Part shown: piece by piece, positions 59,942 to 64,000 of the stretch | Position numbering within the stretch: position 1 is the first letter of the stretch | Layout: every line of letters starts with the position of its first letter | NCBI GenBank assembly: GCA_039715015.1 | Contig: JBDLIE010000005.1 | Location: 44,460 to 108,459, forward strand | From: Thermodesulfobacteriota bacterium | Lineage (GTDB): Bacteria > Desulfobacterota > Desulfobulbia > Desulfobulbales > SURF-16 | Length of the DNA: 64,000 nucleotides | Reading direction: 5' to 3' | The notes under the pieces: model-generated | The model's input: only the letters and a program-made list of their open reading frames with translations | The model's database searches: none | Told to the model about the DNA's origin: nothing | Translations under genes and position numbers: made by a program

Positions 59942-62791
59942 TTAAAAGTCGAAACGGTAGCCAACTGTTGCAAAGTAGCCGCTCGTTTTTTCTGTTTCAG
60001 TTGGCAGTTTGTTATCAACCCATTCACCACCAATTTCCAGCTCAAAACGAGCACGTGGCTTTCTTAAGCTATAGTCAATTTTTAGCAGGGGTCTTATTTT
60101 AAACTGTTCGACCCCATCTGTTTTATTTTCTCGCCAATCCACGCGTACACGTGGATTAATCCTCCAGGACCGGTTGAAGGGGTAACGGGTGTTCAGGCTC
60201 GCTGAATATGTTTCATGGGTGCTGGCATCGGTATAGTTGAAGCCAACTATGGCAATGTCACCCTCTTTCAAGAGGCTGCTGCCAATGAGTTGTAGCGAGT
60301 AATAATAGTCGTAATCGGTACCGGGCACTGCCTCGAGCCTTATTCCCCTTGATGTTTCGAAGGCATCCAGAGATGATAATTTTGATGCCGTGGCATCAGC
60401 GCTTATTTGCAGTTTGCTGGTAAGTGGTTGAACGATGCCTAACATGAATGTCTTACTTCTGGCAGTCCGATTAATGGCAATTTCTTTTAATTCGTCCTCG
60501 CTGTAAAGAGGGGCTAAATCGCTTATCGACGTATAGCCGACATGTCCTTGCAGTGCATTGTTAATACTAAGAATAGGGCTGTTCCGATAGTCCGCCATCA
60601 TATTGATCATGGTTTTATTCGGAAAGGTGATGTTGCCGTTAAAAAGAAAGGTGTTGAGCTTGTCGTAGTATATGTCATAGTCGGTGAGCGTGAAGAAGGT
60701 AGCATTGGGATGAAAGAAACGAATTTCTCCACCAATGGCCTGGCGATCCGTAAGACCGTTAATTTTCTGCTCAATCACATAGGGACTGAAATCCCAATAA
60801 GAGCCAAAAGTACCGAAATCAAGGCTCATTCCGTAGAAGTATTTATCAGTGCTGAAATCGTCAATATCGGTCGAGGAAACGGAGTAGCCGCCTACGCCGG
60901 TTACTTTAATCTTGGGCGTTAAGTTATAGCTTGCTTGGCCACCATCAAAACGTCCCAGAACACCGCCTGTACTCTTGGACTGGCGGCCGAATCTTCCTGA
61001 TAGATTCCTCTTCTTGTCCACTGCATCAACGTAGAGATTGGTGATTCTGGTTTCATTATTGGAACTGTCTTCGAAGTCTGCCTCATATCCACCCACGGCC
61101 AGGGTCCGAATGTCATAGGTTGCAGTACGTTTGCGGATACTAAAATCCATGTTTGAAGACAATGAAGATCTGTTTACCACTGTATTACCCGTTTCGTCGG
61201 TGGTTTCGTCATAGTAATAAAATTGGGAAACACTTCCATATACCTGAAGAGGATATTCTTTTTTTGTTTTCTTGAGCTTTTTTTGTGGTGATACTCTTGC
61301 TGTCATAAGGCCTGCCAGGCGTTGGCGAACCCGCTCTGTATCTTCTCCTTCAGGGTAAAGTTCGATATATTTTTTATATTCGGCCCTGGCATGGGCAAGC
61401 TGACCATTACGCTCTCTGGCATGGGCAAGAAGTTCCAAGGCCAATTTTCTCTTTTTATGTTCCTTGTCCGTCAATATTTTGGTGTAAATCTGGATAGCCC
61501 GGCGGAAATTACCACTTGTCATTTCCTTTTCTGCTTCAGCAAAGAGTTTGTCGATCTGCTCCATTGGAATCGCTTTAAGCTTTTTCGAGGGGACTTTGGT
61601 TTTAGGCATCACTTTTTTTGCGCGTTCAATAACGGCCAGGGTTGAGGTCGCCTGGTATCTTGCAGTTGCAATAGACTGATCTTCAGATTGAATTTTTTCT
61701 TGAGCAGATACTAAGGTGATCCAGGCCTGAGGGTAGAATTCTTTCAAGATTGTCAACATTTCTTCAGCCTGCTCTTTTCTAGAAAAGAAGCCGAGACGCA
61801 ATCGATTGCTGATCCGACCATCATCTGTTTTGAATTTGGTTATATAGAGTTGGTATAGGTGCTGTTCGGCCTGGGCCTTAATTTTTTCAGGCTTTTGGGT
61901 TTGATAGTCTGCAGGAGGGGTGAGGGTCCATCCCGGCCCCATCTTCAACTCTTTGTTTAGTTGATCAGTTTGCCTCTTTAAACTGGCAAGATCATACTGT
62001 GCTGCGGAGTCTAGGTTGATTGCATAGGAGGGGCGCTCTATGGTTTGGCCCTTGGCTACTTTTGCTATCCATGCTGTTGGAAACTGTTTCTTCAGTTTGG
62101 CGAGTCCCTTTCTCGCTTGGCTTTCAGTATCAAAATATCCTAGACGCAGCCGATGGATTGTTAAGTCGTTTTTCTGAAAACGTGAGGTGTAGACCTTATA
62201 GTTGTCAAATCCTGAGAGAGGCGGAATGTCAGTTTTAGTAAAGGGCTTTGTTGATGACTTGAGGGTTATGGTATAGGCGTATTTTTGGATGCTTTTCGAG
62301 GGTTTGGCTACCTTCTTGGCAATCTGAGGTGGCTGTATAGGTGTTGGGGATACGCCTCTTTTCTTGATGGCAATTGTCAGGCTCTGCAGATCATCACCAG
62401 TTGTAATTTTAAATTGGACCTGGCGCTGAAAGGTGAACAGTAAGTTGGGGTTGCCGGCAGAGTCAACCTCAAGGTGAATGTCTTCAAGGGGAAGATCAGG
62501 ACTTTGGGACCATCTTACCTCTTCACGGTCATCAATATCTCCCGGGATAATTTTTTGAAAAAAAACCTGAAGAATTTTTCCCTCACTAGCAGGGGTATGT
62601 GAAAGATAACGAATAGGTGCCGTAAAATCGATCTTGATATCTTGTCGACCTGCTCTTTCAATAACTTCGACATTATCAACGAGTTGTCCATTTGCAAACG
62701 CTCCTACACAACTCACAAGGATGAGTGAAAAAGAAAACAGGAGGTGTGAGATTAGAACTTGTATTTTTTTTAAATTACACATGTAAATCAA
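59942..62791 (-). CDS. Large outer-membrane protein: AMIN-like N-domain, two SPOR domains, TPR, C-terminal beta-barrel (putative cytochrome-associated porin)
   Basis: Signal peptide; two RLRLGxF...AWI SPOR repeats; TPR ARAEYKKYIELYPEGE; about 430 aa of amphipathic strands ending GYRFDF. Confidence 0.8.
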   Translation of the reverse strand: MIYMCNLKKIQVLISHLLFSFSLILVSCVGAFANGQLVDNVEVIERAGRQDIKIDFTAPIRYLSHTPASEGKILQVFFQKIIPGDIDDREEVRWSQSPDLPLEDIHLEVDSAGNPNLLFTFQRQVQFKITTGDDLQSLTIAIKKRGVSPTPIQPPQIAKKVAKPSKSIQKYAYTITLKSSTKPFTKTDIPPLSGFDNYKVYTSRFQKNDLTIHRLRLGYFDTESQARKGLAKLKKQFPTAWIAKVAKGQTIERPSYAINLDSAAQYDLASLKRQTDQLNKELKMGPGWTLTPPADYQTQKPEKIKAQAEQHLYQLYITKFKTDDGRISNRLRLGFFSRKEQAEEMLTILKEFYPQAWITLVSAQEKIQSEDQSIATARYQATSTLAVIERAKKVMPKTKVPSKKLKAIPMEQIDKLFAEAEKEMTSGNFRRAIQIYTKILTDKEHKKRKLALELLAHARERNGQLAHARAEYKKYIELYPEGEDTERVRQRLAGLMTARVSPQKKLKKTKKEYPLQVYGSVSQFYYYDETTDETGNTVVNRSSLSSNMDFSIRKRTATYDIRTLAVGGYEADFEDSSNNETRITNLYVDAVDKKRNLSGRFGRQSKSTGGVLGRFDGGQASYNLTPKIKVTGVGGYSVSSTDIDDFSTDKYFYGMSLDFGTFGSYWDFSPYVIEQKINGLTDRQAIGGEIRFFHPNATFFTLTDYDIYYDKLNTFLFNGNITFPNKTMINMMADYRNSPILSINNALQGHVGYTSISDLAPLYSEDELKEIAINRTARSKTFMLGIVQPLTSKLQISADATASKLSSLDAFETSRGIRLEAVPGTDYDYYYSLQLIGSSLLKEGDIAIVGFNYTDASTHETYSASLNTRYPFNRSWRINPRVRVDWRENKTDGVEQFKIRPLLKIDYSLRKPRARFELEIGGEWVDNKLPTETEKTSGYFATVGYRFDF

Positions 62792-62908
62792 AAGCCTTTA
62801 ATAGGTGGAAATTTGGCCGCAGGAGCGCTGAATTAGCGAGACTGTTGTAAGAAAAGAGAGATGCAGGGAAACATTTCTACTATTTTCTCTCTGCTGAGAC
62901 TCCTAGCT

Positions 62909-63370
62909 TTAAGGAGAGCATGGTGTTGTTGTCGACGGAAGGAACACTTTGATAACAATGCTCCGGAAATCACTGCCCTGCTGAACGGTATAGGAGACCG
63001 GATGTTTAAAAAAAATGGTTAGGAATTGATCACCATTTTCCCCTCCCTCGTAGATAATTTGATCAATTGCCGCGATTTCAGATTCTGGCGGAATAATAGA
63101 TTCTTCCTGGGTTATGGCCTCTTTTTCGCTGGGGGTGAGGGCAATTGGCTCGAGCTGAATGCGCAGTTCTTCCCCTGACTTAAAAGGAAAATGCTTTTTA
63201 TAGCGGACCCGCAAATTAAACCCGACTGTGATAACGGCGCATTCTGGTTTGTCAATGATCTGGGTTTCGTCCAGGACCTCTCGCAAGGTCGGTTGGCCAT
63301 GAACCGGTCCTGTAAAAAGAAATGTCAATCCAACCAGTGCAATAAAAGATATCAAGTTACTATTTTTCAT
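62909..63370 (-). CDS. Small exported protein homologous to the N-domain of the neighbouring porin
   Basis: Signal peptide; VGFNLRVRYKKHFP..GEEL and FKHPVSYTVQQGSDFRSI resemble IDFTAPIRYLSHTP..GKIL and FQRQVQFKITTGDDLQSL. Confidence 0.75.
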   Translation of the reverse strand: MKNSNLISFIALVGLTFLFTGPVHGQPTLREVLDETQIIDKPECAVITVGFNLRVRYKKHFPFKSGEELRIQLEPIALTPSEKEAITQEESIIPPESEIAAIDQIIYEGGENGDQFLTIFFKHPVSYTVQQGSDFRSIVIKVFLPSTTTPCSP

Positions 63371-63372
63371 AA

Positions 63373-64000
63373 TTACCATCCGCTGTCAGAAACTCTGTGC
63401 TGACTGTTTCTAGTTCTGGAAATTGTTGATAGAGAGCTGTCGGTATATATGTGACAAGAGCCGGCACAATCTCTTAGTTCACTAACGTTATAGTTAATTG
63501 ATCCATATTTATCATGGTCACCGCTTTCATAATCACCAGCATGACACCCGGCGCAGTCTGGTTTGTAAGCTGGGCTGCTCCATGCTACCACTTGGCTGTT
63601 GCTTGGGTGACATGTGGCACATGCTAAGCTTCCTCCATGATCCCCAGGGTAACTGCCTGAGAAATGACTATAATTGAGGGTAGGTATCCAGGCGTTTGTT
63701 GTGTGGCATTGATCACACTCTACTGTTGTCACAAAATGGCTTGCCGGTTTGCCAGTGGCGCTGCTGCCGTTATGACAACTTGCACATGTGCCTATCGCAG
63801 AGGTGTGGTCCATAACCGCAGGAATCCAGGCGTTGGTGTTGTGGCAATCATCACAAGTTGAGGTCGATTGAATGTGGCTCGGGTTCTTACCAGTGGCCGT
63901 GCTGCCGTTATGGCAGGAGGCGCAGGTGCCGATGACCTCGAGATGATCGACCGGGGCCGGAATCCAGGCGTTGGTGTTGTGGCAGCTGTCGCAGCTGGTG
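63373..64000 (-). CDS. Repeat-built multiheme cytochrome c; 5' end lies outside the window
   Basis: Frame open to the window edge. CDSCH, CASCH, CDDCH, CASCH, CDQCH, CATCH, CAGCH plus CAGSCH within 208 aa. Confidence 0.93.
   Translation of the reverse strand, partial: TSCDSCHNTNAWIPAPVDHLEVIGTCASCHNGSTATGKNPSHIQSTSTCDDCHNTNAWIPAVMDHTSAIGTCASCHNGSSATGKPASHFVTTVECDQCHTTNAWIPTLNYSHFSGSYPGDHGGSLACATCHPSNSQVVAWSSPAYKPDCAGCHAGDYESGDHDKYGSINYNVSELRDCAGSCHIYTDSSLSTISRTRNSQHRVSDSGW
63685..63993 (-). repeat. 138-bp (46-aa) two-heme tandem repeat
   Basis: AATCCAGGCGTTGGTGTTGTGGCA occurs at 63823 and 63961; unit CDxCHxTNAWIP..DH...GTCASCHNG..ATGK..SH. Confidence 0.9.

Noticed and set aside
1..64000. 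CRISPR arrays, tRNA/rRNA genes, intact IS elements or prophage
   Set aside because: I saw no regularly spaced repeats, RNA gene signatures, transposase, integrase or phage genes; a by-eye search could miss a short RNA.

Overview
64 kb of an anaerobic, selenium-using deltaproteobacterial genome. Gene content and style suggest Desulfobulbales (inference). Four blocks. (1) 1-22.2 kb is an accessory redox island that appears to be one RegB/RegA regulon. It holds a secreted His-rich beta-propeller (running off the left edge) divergent from a NosL/TlpA/MacB-type ABC maturation operon, with no nosZ in the window. Then come regBA, a truncated torD remnant, an 8.4-kb TonB-receptor operon that also encodes a double-cubane-cluster-like reductase and its ATP-dependent activator, and finally torD-psrA-psrB-like genes with no membrane anchor. 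A RegA-type box recurs at four promoter regions. (2) Housekeeping genes uvrC, nifU, nifS, thyX. (3) A Wood-Ljungdahl cluster: fhs, folD, cooS, a metF-acsD fusion, acsB, acsC. A PilB with a fused cNMP-binding domain sits between fhs and folD. The cluster ends in three consecutive selenoproteins (GltD-fused formate dehydrogenase, tandem HdrA, MvhD) that the ORF track splits at in-frame UGA codons; each UGA is followed by a SECIS-like hairpin. (4) Mixed genes (mnmH, amrS, rlmN and others), then the 3' part of a putative porin-multiheme cytochrome conduit. All calls come from reading motifs by eye; no database searches were run.
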